From Octopus vulgaris (taxonomy: Eukaryota), in the NCBI GenBank assembly GCA_951406725.2, contig OX597820.1, forward strand, positions 45,446,001 to 45,510,000: a stretch of 64,000 nt of DNA, read 5' to 3'. The notes beneath the pieces are model-generated. The model was not told the DNA's origin. It ran no database searches and was given only the letters and a program-made list of their open reading frames with translations. Shown here in pieces: positions 1 through 50,519 of this stretch (position 1 is its first letter; every line of letters starts with the position of its first letter). Both the position numbers and the translations under genes were made by a program.

Positions 1-434
1 ACACTCAATACATCTCAGATTTTTCTGGCTAAAGTATGTACATTTATATCATGGACTCCTAAGTATATCTAGTTTTCTTTGGCTGATAGGTATTTATATT
101 TTTTTAGATTTTAATTATTTCTGTGGGACGTTTTGGAACATAATACCCACAATAGTTGAGGGATTAATGTATATGCATACAGACATAAATACAAACCTGC
201 TAATGATGAGAGACAAATGAAACCAAATGAAATACAGTGCAAATGTAAATATTAAACATTTCATCACTAAATACAAGGTTAAAAGTCAGTAAATTAAAAC
301 TGTATTATTATAGTAGTTCTGTTTCTTATAGTTGTATCAGTGTAATTCCTCGTGGCACATAATAATACTAAGGTGTATTGATCCCCTCAGAGTTCTTTGC
401 TAACAATACAACACAGCAATGGTGCTTAATATAA

Positions 435-2489
435 CACTGGAGAACAGGGTTTTTGTTGTCTGATGTTGGAGATGTTTCCTACTAATTCTGGGGTGCTGAT
501 TTCAAAAATGAAATTATTTTGCTCTGTCACATTAAGATTTTCCACAAACTTAGATGTCCATTTTTCAACATTTCTGGTATTGTCACCATTTCTAAGGATA
601 GATTTGACTTCATCAAATGCGAACCCATGTATAGAGCATGACATAACTTTGAAAATATAGTTTTGCAATGTCATTCAAAGTAAATACAACTACAAAAGTG
701 AAAACAAAAGTCATGATTTAAGTACCTTCAGTAAATGATAAACATCAAACTTGAGCGACTTTCACTATTTTCAGTCTAAGCACTTTTAAATGTCACAATG
801 ATGATAGAAATGTTCTTTATACAATTAGATATTAAGAAACAGCATACATGTCTCATATTTGCAGAATTTATCTGCAGATATGGGCATGCTCTGTTTAATT
901 TAGTGTGACTATCATTGCAAACTAGACAAGACATGTTTTGTTGAACTTTTAAATCATTTCTCAAGAAAATTGGTATTTTGAATGTGTCCTTAATGTTTTA
1001 ATTGTGAGTTCGTATGGGTCAGGGTCACTTTTCGTCAAGCATGGTCAAAAGACTGTAAAAAGAACTTCATGGAGTGTATGCTCTTTATGAAACTTTGTCA
1101 TCACAAATCTGCATGTGCTTACTTTATAGTTGTTGACTATTCTGAAAGTACTTTTCCCAGGTGACAACTGGCTTCAATATGTTTTGTGTTTCAGAAATAT
1201 AGCCAGTTGTGAGAGAAGAGAATGTAAGAACAGCCCTGATGTCTTCTGCTTATTTTTGGATTAGGCAGTGAAATAAACTCACAGATTTTGTGAAGAGTGC
1301 TTACCTTACTTCCTTACTTACTTTAGCATGAAACTGAGTGACAAGACAAAGCCTGGGTGCCCCATATAGTGTGCAAAACATGTGTTGAAACACTGAAACA
1401 GTGACTGCTTCAAATGCTTAAGCAGAAAGTTTCCAGTTTTGTCTTGTGAGAAAATTAAGGTTGGTGTGTTTGATGGGCCACATAATTGGTGGCTATTTCA
1501 GGATGAGCTCTTTTGGGAGACCATGTCTGGCACTGAAGAAGAATCACGGGATGCTTTTGCTGCAGTTGTGTCTGATTTCCTGGGAAACAGGAAGTCATCA
1601 AATTATGAAGATCTTGTGCAGATCCTTTTAAGCAGTTTTCAAGCACTGGGCTGCAATATGAGTGTAAATGTGCATTTCCTGCACAGTCATCAGGACTCTC
1701 TCTATCCGCTCAGTCGAAGTCGACTCTCGGTCACTCGTTGGATCAGTGTCCTCCAGTCAGTTCTATCCTGGGCCGCTTCTTTCAGATTGGCTATGTCCAT
1801 TCCAGTATCACTCTTGATGGTGTCAAGCCAGCAGGTTCTTGGTCGGCCTCTTCCTCTCTTGCCACTGACCATTCCAAGCATGATGTCCTTCTCCAGGGAT
1901 TTTCTCCGCATAATATGACCGAAATATGCCAATCTATGCTTGGTGATCCTAGCTTCTAGTGGCATTTTCGGCCTTATCTGCTTAAGAACTTCTCCATTGG
2001 TGAGTCATCTGGACTACTTCCTTGAAAATCATAAGGCAATATGTGATGAGCAAGGAGAAAGATTCAACCAAGACATTGAGAACATGGAGACTAGGTATCA
2101 ATGTGATGCTGTCAGCTGAAGCTCACCATAAAGAGACTGCCATGATAAAAATTTATTCACATAAAGCAGCAAAGAGAATGTTCATTCCTTGAGTACCTGA
2201 AACTCCAGTTTGACAGAAATATCTATTCTAAGATGTGTAATTAAACATTTGTGTAATATATTTGTTAAACAATAAAAAGTACTATTTGGTTTGTGTTAGC
2301 TTCTTATTTCAGTTTGGCATTTAATGACAAAATTGACATTTTTAGTAAAAAAATGAATTCCTGTTTAACAAAAAACTTGACATCATAGAAAATTTCTGAG
2401 GGCATTTCAGAACCCAACAGCATCAAATTAGATAGAATTAATTATAAAAACAAGACAACTAAACCTTTTTTCAAAAATGTTACACAGTG
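435..2489 (+). mobile_element. Chapaev-3 (CMC) DNA transposon, internally deleted and decayed
   Basis: Termini CACTG...CAGTG flanked by 3-bp TAA TSD (432-434, 2490-2492). Transposase remnants RRECKNSPDVFC (~1213), VCKTCVETL, KIKVGVFDGP...FLGNRKSSNY...LGCNMSVNVHFLHSH, then LDYF...DEQGERFNQDIENMETRYQ after the LINE insertion. Confidence 0.8.
1698..2002 (-). mobile_element. 5'-truncated RTE (BovB-like) LINE 3' end nested in the Chapaev-3 transposase
   Basis: Intact C-terminal ORF LAYFGHIMRRKSLEKDIMLGMVSGKRGRGRPRTCWLD...SRLRLSG*; 13-bp TSD agtcatc[a/t]ggact at 1685-1697 and 2003-2015. Confidence 0.85.
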
Positions 2490-2559
2490 TAATTTTTCAG
2501 GGTCACTCATTATTTGGTCTATGAATACTTCAAAACAGAGAGGGGGAAAAAATGCTTAC

Positions 2560-16865
<14,306 letters not shown>

Positions 16866-17155
16866 CTTTAATAGGCAAGAAAAATAAACAATTTTCTGAT
16901 TAACATTTAAAGAAATACACAGATTTTTCAAACAAACAACACATAAATTTATAAATGCATCTTTTATTTATTTTTTTGTTTTTGATGAAGCCCTCTGAAA
17001 CCGTTGATCTCAACATAGTTAATGTTTTTCTTGTATATGTGGCAAGGCTTCTGCTGAGATTTGAAACCACCTCACTTAGAACCTCAGCATAAGTATGTTT
17101 ATAAATAGGGCGTCGATTGCATAGACGCCGGTGTTAGACTGGTACTTATTTTATC

Positions 17156-17298
17156 AGTACTTCTTAAATACAGAGGTCCCGACGCATCTACGGTACGATA
17201 TAAAGGTGAGGTAACCCAAACCCTAAAACTAACCGAAACTCTAAAAACTAACCCTAACGAGTGTGCACTGTTCGGGACCTCTGTATTTAACTGGAGCC
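17156..17298. mobile_element. 143-bp MITE with 8-bp TSD (Merlin-like) inserted in a SINE
   Basis: TSD attttatc (17148-17155, 17299-17306); inverted repeat ttaaatacagaggtcccga; internal degenerate TAACCC repeats. Confidence 0.7.
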
Positions 17299-18089
17299 AT
17301 TTTATCGACCCCGAAAAAGACAAAAGGTGAAGTCAACCTCGACGAAATTTGAACTCTAAACGTAAAGACGGACAAAATACTGCTAAAGATTTTGCCCGGC
17401 GTGCTAAAGATTCTACTCGTTCGCCACCCTTTCAGACTAGATAATAATGATTTCAAATTTTGGCACAAGGCCAGCATTATCGGTGGAGTGAGTAAGTCGA
17501 TTGTATCGACTCAGTATTCAACTGTCACTTATTTTATAGACCCGGGAAAAGGATGAAAGGTAAGGTTGACTTCGGCGAAATTTGAACGCAAACCGTAAAG
17601 ACGTACAAAATGCCGCTTAGCATATTGACCGGCGTGCTAACAATTATGCCAGCCTACCACCCTGCGAGAGTAGACAATAACAACAATACGTAAATATATT
17701 TTTTTTATCGGCGTATGTTTCATGCTTTATGTTATTTAATTTTAGTAATTATTTAACGTTCTTTTTTGGTTATATTAAATAATTATATATTAAACAAATT
17801 ATTACAATAATTTATACAATGTATAATTAGTTACGCAGGATTCTAGTACCTCGACTTCGTAAACTTTTACGTAGTTGCTAAGGACCGAGCTGATAAAATA
17901 TAATAAAAAAAACATATTACTTCGAATAAACATACCGTTGATTTTACAATGAAACCTTATTCGCTGTATCACTTTCTAATTAGAAAAAAAAAAGCAATCC
18001 GATTGATTGTTAAATAATTAAAATATATGATGAATTGGATATATGTTCATAAAAGACTGAACATATACCCGCCATCATATAAACAAAAC

Positions 18090-18102
18090 ATTGCTCGGCA
18101 AC
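18090..18102. promoter_or_regulatory. Candidate RFX X-box upstream of EFCAB7
   Basis: ATTGCT-C-GGCAAC has a perfect GGCAAC half-site. It lies in a CpG-retaining, non-repeat stretch 1.2 kb upstream of the ATG. A second RFX-like site, GTTGCTAAGGACC, is at 17874-17886. Confidence 0.4.
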
Positions 18103-20420
18103 AAGTGACATTGATCGGTTATTTCCGCTCTTTTCCGTTGCTTTCCGCAAGCTATACGTCTACGTAGCTTTACTTTCACTGCTTTTGCTCCTGGCTGACG
18201 TAAACTATCATAACTCGTGCCATTATAACTCGCATGTCATTGAACCAATGAAAAAACTTTTCAGAGACGGTTAAGTTGCTAGAAATAGTAATCAAATCTC
18301 TCTTAAAATTACACTTTAGCGTCTTAGAAAAGAAAAAAAGACACGGACTAGAATAGTTGGTTATGGCTGGAACACCTTTGCTCAAAGATCATGATCCATC
18401 GAGGCTGACGTGGGATTAAATAACAACACACCTATTTATTTAAATGACAATCGTTATTTGCCCATCAAAGCAAAAAAGGTTTGATGTGCCGAATATCGAA
18501 TACTGCACTAAAAAGTTCATTATTTTTAATTTTCCTTTTGGTTGGAAGTAAAAAGAAAAAAAAAGTGACAGTTATGACCGGCTTCCAAAAAGAAGGGGAG
18601 ATAATTTCATAAAATTGGCTTCAAATTTTGGCACTAGGCCAGCATTTAAGGGGGTGGTTAAGTCAATTATATCGACCCCAGTGCTCGACTGGTACTTATT
18701 TTATCGACCCTAAAGGATGAAAGGCAAAGATGACCTCAGCGGAATTCGAACTGAGAATTTGAAGACGGACGAAATGCCGCTAAGCATTTTACCCAGCATG
18801 CTAACGATTCTGTCAGCTCGCCGCCTTCTGAAATTTCCTGAATTTAATTAATCTCTCTAACTTTCACATTCCTCATTTCCTCCGAATTCCAACTGACTCG
18901 TCATCATCAGTGCCATCATGCTCTATTTAATTCTTTATTGCCCACAAGGGGCTAAACATAGAGGAGACAAACAAAGGGACTAAGTCGATTATATCGACCC
19001 CAGTGTGTAACTGGTGCTTATTTAATCGACCCCAAAAGGATGAAAGGAAAAGTTGACCTCGGTGGAATTTGAACTCAGAACGTAGCAGCAGACGAAATAC
19101 TTATTTCTTTACTACTCTCTAGGAGCTAAACACAGAGAGGACAAACAAGGACAGACAAAGGGACTAAGTCGATTATATCGACCCCAGTGTGTAACTGGTA
19201 CTTATTTAATCGACCCCGAAAGGATGAAAGGCAAAGTCGACCTCGGCGGAATTTGAACTTAGAACGTAGCAGCAGACGAAATACTGCTAAGCATTTCACC
19301 TGACGTGCTAACGTTTCTGCCAGCTCGCCGCCTATTGCTACTACTCGCACCACAACTAAACTACAAGGTCAAAGCCAGAATCACTCCTCAAGACTAGCAC
19401 AATTGTTTTTTCCTTTTTTTTTTTAATGAATATGTCTATAACATTTGTTTGTGTAGTGAAAGAAAAGCCTGCTCTTTGTTGGCAAGCAAGGAACAACTAT
19501 AGAACCGTTTAACATCGTCAGCGTAGTATAAAGTGAATCAAGCCTGTAGAACAGTGCAGTGGATAGATTTTATAAATGGGAAAGTTATGAAAGCTTTTAT
19601 CCTATACTTATTTCAGTCATTAGACTGCGGCCATGCTGGGGCCCCACCTTGAAGAATTTTTAGTTGAATGAATTAACCCCAGTACTTTTTCTTTTTTTAC
19701 GCCCGGTACTTATTCAATCGTTCTTTGTTGCCGAACCGTTAAGTTACGGGACGTAAATACACTAACACCGGTTGTCAAGTAATGACGGCGGTAGCGGTGG
19801 GGGACAAACACAGATACACGGTCGCACGTGCACTTGTTTGTCAGGCTCCGGTGTCCTTTGTAAAACATTATATACTACTCTTCTGATTTCAACACCACGA
19901 ACAAACTGACATGGAAATCTTTTACAACAATATGCGACAAGACTGACTTTCTCTAAGAGAGCAAAAAAAAAAAAAATATACTGATTCTCTTGTGTAGCAT
20001 ATAGAAACCTTTGGTTATCCAGTTAATACTTGACCCCAGAGTCTTAATCCTGCTTCGTTGAAAATTATCAAAGGCGAATTTGAACATGTTGGAGTTAGGT
20101 ATTATCTGCCCTTCTCAGGCACCTTGATCATCACCTCTTCACATGGTTTTACCCAAAAGTTATCTGATAATTGACTCTTAAACAGATATGTTCTAATCCG
20201 GAAGATATTCCTAAAACAGCTGTAGAGGCACTTATCGGATTATTCAAATTTCTCACATTAAAAGAAAGTAAAAATCAATATTTTTCGAGATTCCCATACA
20301 CTGTATATTTCCTAGTCATTATGTTATGTTTGTGTAAGTTCTTCTCTTGTAGGACTAATTTGAATGAAGTAAGTTGGGGCTAGAAATGGCTTAATTATTG
20401 GAATTATATATATATATATA

Positions 20421-20760
20421 AGGAGTTTCTGAGCTGATGATAGAAGTGTCGTGTTGACTAATCTTGAAATGTACGTTCTCAAATAACCTTTGCATTTGAT
20501 TTTTTGATGTCTTTACCCCAAACTTTCGTGAGTTGAGTTGACCAAACACTATATGAAGAGAGATTTTCTTTAAGTATTAGAAATGGTAAGAAAAATTTTT
20601 TTAGCTGCTATTTCTAATGAGTTCAATGCGGCAAAGTAATTTATTTTACTAAGCCCTTTTATATATTGTAATAATTTGAATTCGCCTTAAATGGTCCCTT
20701 TGCATACTGAACACTTGGTGAAATTAATTAATAATTAATTAATTTTACCCTCAATTATTG
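20421..20760 (+). mobile_element. PLE-type terminal repeat fragment with degenerate hammerhead (20430-20481)
   Basis: TGAG-CTGATGA...GAAAT-GTAC-GTT-CTCA; ends in ...ttttaccctcaattatt, resembling the ends at ~21210 and ~36870; sits between (TA)n tracts. Confidence 0.5.
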
Positions 20761-20846
<86 letters not shown>

Positions 20847-20900
20847 TGTATGTATGTATGTATGTATGTATGTATGTATGTATGTATGTATGTATGTATG

Positions 20901-21110
20901 TATATTTAAGACTAAAAACCACTAGGTGGATAACCATATGCTAAAAGAAGATCACATATGATCTAACTACAAAGAAAGAATGTTCTCCAGAGAAAATTCG
21001 CTGGTGTTCGCTGAATTTTCTTTGGAGAACATTCTTTCTTTGTAGTTAGATTGTATGTGATCTTCTTTTAGCAATGGTTATTCACCTAGTGGTTTTTAGC
21101 TCTAAATATA
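20901..21110. repeat. Fold-back inverted repeat, ~100-bp arms and ~13-nt loop
   Basis: ctaaaaaccactaggtg...gttctccagagaaaattc mirrors gaattttctttggagaac...cacctagtggtttttag. Confidence 0.9.
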
Positions 21111-21215
21111 CATATGTATTGAATTTTTTTCTGAATTTTCAGATGTTTTATATGCTAGGCTACTGGTTTTTAATTGATATTAATTAAATTAATATTCAAT
21201 TTATCTCCCTCATTA

Positions 21216-21312
<97 letters not shown>

Positions 21313-22619
21313 CATATGTGTGTGTATGTGTGTTTCTCCCCCACTACCTCTTGACAACCGGTGCTGGTGCGTTTACATGATTGAGTGGTTAAGAATTTCA
21401 CCTTGCAAACAAGTGGTTTCAGATTCAGTCCTACGTGTATCTTAACTCAAAAGCTCTACACTAAATACTCTCAATCTTGCTTTCTCAAAAATGGGACTCC
21501 CATTTTCATACATGTATAATCTCCTATCCCTAATCTACAATTGTGAAACTGTAGTGTAGACTCAGGTGAAATTCCTCTCTCCCATTTATTAGACATACAT
21601 GCATTCGAACGTAGCAGGGAACAGCTAGCCTTTGGCCGCTATTTGGATCCCGTTGTATCCACTACTCTGATTGGTTGGTATTGGTGCAATTTGTCTCTTA
21701 CTCGTTTGCGCCAACTTGCCGCATATAATCAGTCTGAGTCTCTAAATAGGATCACGTACGACAGCTTGTTCACTACTCTGTTTTAGCTTACACCTTATAA
21801 AAACTCAACTTTTCATCATTCTGAGGTCTTTGGTTCCAGACATTTTTGGTTCCAGCCACTGACCACGAAGACACAACCAGTTCCAGCGATGACAACTCCT
21901 CTATCACAGCAACTATGTTGAGACTTACCAATTTTGTCACAGCATTGTGACAACCGCCTCCTTCGTCGCCACCATCATTGTCTTTCTTAACGTCGTCAAC
22001 ATCACCTCTCTGCATACACAGCTTGGCAAGCATTTCACCCAGGTTCTAACAGTTCGCTGTTCGTGAATTATTTCACCGCGGATCAAACAGCGAATATACG
22101 ACCTGCATGAACCCCTGTACAAGTGACTCAAGCAGCAGCATCACAGCCACGACTTCACATACGACATGTATCTGTAACCGGCTCAGCGTCCTGGCCGCAA
22201 CTTCTTGATACAGTATTTCAACAACCTTGTGCTATTGACTACGAACTGGTATTTTTATCTTTGTTGTGTCTTATAACTTACTTCTCACTTCGATGGCTAT
22301 AGACGTTTTCACTGCTTTCTTCTTATCGCCATCTTTAAATGTTCTTAATATGCGCATACATGTATGCCTACACGCACACAAACATTTTGTTCTCATGGAG
22401 TCGGCTATTCTGTATAGATGACGCACACACAGACATACATGTTATCACATCAATAAATGTTCTCTTAATCATTCTTATGTGGTTGTGTCTCTTTCCATCT
22501 GGCATTTATATGTTCTGTTCAATTTCTCTTTATTGTAACGGTTGCGTGATGTTGTACAAAAAGGCCATTCTTCGTCACCTCATATTACACGGCCATTACA
22601 AAACAACATTATTTCTGTT

Positions 22620-22840
22620 AACGTCACCCAAAACAAAAGAAAAGTGAAAGCAAACAGGAAAACGAAGTCTTCGAAAAGCCGACGTTCTTGGTCCCCTGAC
22701 AATTTTCCTGCTCTCCGCTGTCGGAGCGGAGGTTTCTGTCCTCGAATCTGAGCCCCGCGTGTCAGAATAGCTGTTCCAACGCATCTCACTCGCTATCCTC
22801 CGGAGCAACACTTTTTTTCATTTTGTCTGCTGGTGCCATG
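22620..22840 (+). mobile_element. CRE-clade non-LTR retrotransposon C-terminal (RLE) remnant
   Basis: Decayed translation ...DVLGPLT...EPRVSE*LFQRISLAILRSNTFFILSAG resembles the CRE C-terminal LFQRLSxAxxRGNA motif. Confidence 0.55.
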
Positions 22841-24399
22841 AGAAATGTTTCTATATTGTGAAAGGCAAGATTCTCCGTTAATCCTGCTATTTTGACTTAA
22901 ACCACCATTTTATTACCATTGTAATAATGATGTGGGTACCTGACATATGCAGTGTTATGTGATTTATTATGAAAACGCCTTTCCTTGGAAACATCACTAG
23001 ACATAACACACAAGTAATAGCATATCTAAAATAGTAAAAGTAGATAGTTTTTTAAAGGGAGGTTACTCATTAGTGTTTATTTGGAAGGAAAATATCTTTT
23101 CTCCCTTGAACTACAGAAGTCAACATACCAACATATATACATATATAACTTTTTAGAGATTATCGAACTTTGATATAAGAAAAACCTACAACCTTATAGA
23201 CCAATAAATTATTATTGTTCCTGAAAGTTCAATATTCCCTGGTCGTACCTCAATGTGTCTTGCCAGAACACAGTAATATGGATTCATATTTTGGCACGAG
23301 GTCAGCGATTTTGAGGGAGTAGCAAGTCTATTACATCGACCCCAGTGTTCAATGTTCCAACGACCCCGAAAGGATGAAAGGCAAAGCCGACCTCACCGGA
23401 ATTTGAACTCAGAACGTAGCGACAGACGAAATGCCGCTAAGGATTCTGCCCGGCGTGCTAACGATTCTGCCAAGCCGCTGCCTTAATGTCAGGTAATATT
23501 AATAATAATAACAACAGGGAGGTGAGTTTGCAGAATCGTCAGCACGTCGAGTAAAAATGCTTAGCGGCTTTTCGTCCATCTTCACGTTTTGAGTTCAAAT
23601 GCCATCGAGTCGATAAAATAAGTACCAGTTGAGTACTGGAGTCAATGTAATCGATTTACCCCCTCACCTGAAATTGCTGGCCTTTCACCAAAGATTCGAA
23701 ATCAATATTGATAATACTAACAATTATTTCTAATTATAATCACAGAATCTGAAATTTTGTGGGAGAGGGCTAGTCGATTACATCGGCCCCAATGCTCATC
23801 TGGTACTTATTTTATCGATCGTGAAAGGATGAAAGACAAAGTGCACCCTGGCGGAATTTGAACTCAGATAACAGAGTTCTGGAAGATTAATAGTAATAAT
23901 AATTATCCTTTCTCCCAGAGGTACAAAGCCTGAAATTTTGAGTGGAGTAGGACTAGACGATTATATCGACACCAATATTCGACTGGCACTTAATTTATTG
24001 ACTTCGAAAGAATGAAAGCAAATTCAGCCTCGGCGGAATTTGAACTCAGATAATAGAGTTCTGGAAGATTAATAATAATAATAATTATCCTTTCCCACAA
24101 AGGCATAAGGCCTGAAATTTTGAGTGAGGTGGGACTGAACTCAGAATATAGCGATGGGAAAAATACCTATTTCTTTACTACCTACAAGGGGTTTAACACA
24201 GAGAGGACAAACAAGGACAGACAAAGGGATTAAGTCGATTATATCGACCCCAGTGCGTAACTGGTACTTATTTAATCGACCCCGAAAGGATGAAAGGCAA
24301 AGTCGACTTCGGCGAAATTTGAACTCAGAACGTAACGGCAGACGAACTACCGCGAAGCGTTTCGCCCGGCGTCTTAACGGTTCTACCAGAACGCCGCCT

Positions 24400-24448
<49 letters not shown>

Positions 24449-25950
24449 TAATAATTTCATTTATTTTCAACAAGGTTCTTATATACATAAAATATGTGTT
24501 ACAATAAGGCTTCACTGGGTTTGTGGGCTATGTACACACAGTTACATAGAACGCGTCACAGGAACAGAATCGTTGTTCAATAAAAAAATAATAAAAATTT
24601 GATACGAGTAATTACATAGAAGACACATAGGATAAGTACACACGCACACACACACAACTTTACTTATCTACGTAGATCCTACCGGATATTACGCTATTTC
24701 GTGTTATTGCTGTGCTGTAAAGACATTAAGCCAAGGACCATCGTTACGCGCGCGCGATATTTGTATTCTGTCGTCTCATATGTTGTGGAATCTGTCGTCT
24801 TGCCTCTTACTCTGTCTTAAAAGGCAGCCACGCGTTTCCATATATACTCCATGATCGATAGAAACATTATTCCATCAACAGTCAGAGCTCCTTCCAACTT
24901 TCGTGAAACATGTCATTCTCTGCACGTAATATATAACATCTGCAATTACCGCCCAATAAATGATATATCTCACACAACAAATTCTCGTAGCAACTCTCAT
25001 GTTTTTCACCGGTTTTCCCCATTAGCTAATGTGAGAACAGTATTCTTGCAATCATTCTTGGCTATAAGTCAGAACTAAAAGGAAACTTCCTTTTTTCTTT
25101 TCGCCATGTCTCAAAAATCAACATAGGCTTTTTCATCCGTATAGAACTCTCATTTCAGCTATGTTAAAATAATCAGATGTGTTTAAGCTGAACGAGAAAT
25201 CATTTCCCATACGTGTTTCTTATTTTCCATCAGGTATGTTATTTCCTTTTCTGTTTATCACAGCGATGTTATCTGGTTTCACCGCGTGTGACACTCAAAA
25301 AGAACATTTATTTATGAAAGTTCGTATAATGCTCTTTCTAAAACTTTAAATTTCGTATTCGACTTTACAAATACATACATTTGAATAAACATTTTCTACC
25401 ACACATTTATACACTCCTTGTTTATATTTATACGGTATTCATCATTTTTATACATTTATACAATCCTTGCTTTTATTTATGTGCATTCGTCATTTTCTTT
25501 CTGTATATCATTGACGCATAATTCAAATCTGATTCCATAAACCTTTGAAAAAATACGTACTGTTTGGCAACTTTGAATTAGAGCACCATTAACGCAAAAG
25601 CAGTCTACGCTTTTGGTAATAAGTAGAAAATGAAGGAGAAAACTATTATAATTAAATTACAGTTACTATGCTTGCGCATTCATATTCTATAAGTACTCTA
25701 TGGAATCACTGCTCAATAAAATGCCACACTCTAAACTGTTACATAATCAATATCTCAGTTTATAACAACAGCTCACGCAGATCATACAACGGGTACAATA
25801 TATAGTCGTCACTCATTGATATAAGAACCTGCACATAAAACACTTCATCCTATTACCGCTCAACAGTAAACTGAAACGCCTAACACTAATCACACAACAC
25901 ATTCTACTAGATATAACGACGAAGACGACGACAACAACAACAGTAACACT

Positions 25951-26011
<61 letters not shown>

Positions 26012-26013
<2 letters not shown>

Positions 26014-26466
26014 GTTTGCTTATTGATCGACATGAGCATCCCCTGTGATCATAATATCTCAGCGAAAGAGTTTGACAAGCTCAGAAAATACAAAGACCTA
26101 CTCATTGAAATTGAGAAAATGTGGCATCTCAAGGCGGTTACAATACCAGTGATCGTAGGAGCACTAGGAATGATCAAGAAGGGAACCGAAAATTATATGA
26201 GAATGATCCCTGGCTTACCATCCCTGCAAGAAGTGCAAAAGATCGTCTTAACTGGTACATCACATGTATTGAGAAGAGCATTGTCGATGTGAGAATTGTT
26301 GCTTGCTCATGTATTTTAATTAAAAAAAAAAAAAAAAAAAAATGAACGAACTATTGAGTTTGGTGTAATGGCCTACCGATGTATACTATGAGTTTCTTTG
26401 CCCTAGGAGTCGGGAAGACACTCGGCAAGAAATGGAAGCAAATTTGAAAGAAGAAAAAAAATAAAA
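26012..26466 (+). mobile_element. Dong/R4-clade LINE 3' fragment inserted in (TAA)n
   Basis: CLLIDMSIPCDHNISAKEFDKLRKYKDL...IPVIVGALG...LQEVQKIVLTGTSHVLRRAL (restriction-like endonuclease C-terminus); (TAA)n on both sides, the known Dong target. Confidence 0.85.
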
Positions 26467-27148
26467 TAAAATAATAATAATAATAATAATAATTCTTTCT
26501 ACTATAGGAGCAAGGCCTAGAATTTGTGAGAAGGATTGTCGACCACATCGACCCCAGTACTCAACTGGTACTTAATTTATCGACCCCCGAAAAGAATGAA
26601 AGGCAAAGTCGACCTCGGCGGGATTTGAACTCAGAACGTAAAGTCAAAAGAAATGCCGCTAAGCATTTTGCCCGTCGTGTTAATGATTCTGCCATCTCGC
26701 CGCCTTTACAACAACAACAGCAGCAGCAGCAACAGTTTCAAAATTTAGCACAAGGACAACAATTTTGAGGCTAGGGGACAGTCGAGTACATCGACCTCCA
26801 GAACTCGAATTGTATTTTTATTTTATTGACCCCCCGCAAAAGGATGAAAGGTATTGTTGACCTTGGAAGGATTTGAACTTAGAAAACAGAGTCGGAAGAA
26901 ATGTCGCAGCACATTCTTTTCGATGCTCGAACCGTTTTGCCAAACCACCGACTTTAACAACAACAACAACAACCCTTTCTACTGATGGCACAAGGCCTAA
27001 AATTTGGGGTTAAGGGAATAGTTGATTACATCGACCCCAGTGTTTCACTGGTACTTATTTTATCGACCCCGAAAAGATGAAAAGACTCGGGTCAATTAAT
27101 GATAATAATGATAATAATTTATGACTTTCTTCAACTTTATTCACAACC

Positions 27149-27202
<54 letters not shown>

Positions 27203-27228
27203 CTCAACGACGACAAACGAATATTTTT

Positions 27229-49903
<22,675 letters not shown>

Positions 49904-50143
49904 GTTCTTAGTGTTATAAATTCTTTTGTTAGAACCTGGGTGGTTGGGTAGCAGCGACAGTATTGTAGTGGTGTCGTCGAAAAAGTTCCCTTAAATACAA
50001 CAGCAACATGTAGATTGGTTTGTTTTTGTAGTGGATGTGAGTTTATGAATGACGCTTTTTGCGTGGCGACATCGACACATACATACATACATACATACAT
50101 ACATACATACATACATGTATCCATGCAACCATCCATCCATATA

Positions 50144-50271
<128 letters not shown>

Positions 50272-50472
50272 CCGATATGTATATACATACATATATATAT
50301 GTGTGTGTATGTGTGTGTGTGTACACACACAAACATACACACACACCCACACACACACTCACACACTCACACACACACACGCATACATACATAGATACAA
50401 ATTACAAACATAAATGCATCTTCTCTCTCCGGGTGTCTATCCTTCACTTACGCGCACAGGTTCAATCACACA

Positions 50473-50519
<47 letters not shown>

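Larger units (their letters stand above)
17105..19335 (-). mobile_element. Cluster of Nin/Deu-domain tRNA-SINE copies (~17105-17430, 17450-17662, 18620-18827, 18930-19335) around a unique CpG-rich island
   Basis: Repeated ctggtacttattttatcgaccccgaaaggatgaaaggcaaagtcgacctcggcggaatttgaactcagaacg. Further copies at ~23290-24400, 26495-27085, 41050-41260 and 46265-47180. Confidence 0.8.

Noticed and set aside
426-964. ORFs 426..674 and 776..964 as further EFCAB7 exons
   Set aside because: They lie almost entirely inside the Chapaev-3 element and show no similarity to the expected next EFCAB7 segment.
21550-22159. Possible solo LTR (TGTAGT...TTCACA)
   Set aside because: Single copy in the window with no matching TSD; cannot be supported.
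24440-25950. Unique sequence as a long SLC16 3' UTR with AATAAA at 24465-24460
   Set aside because: Plausible, but AATAAA is common in such AT-rich DNA; transcript data are needed.
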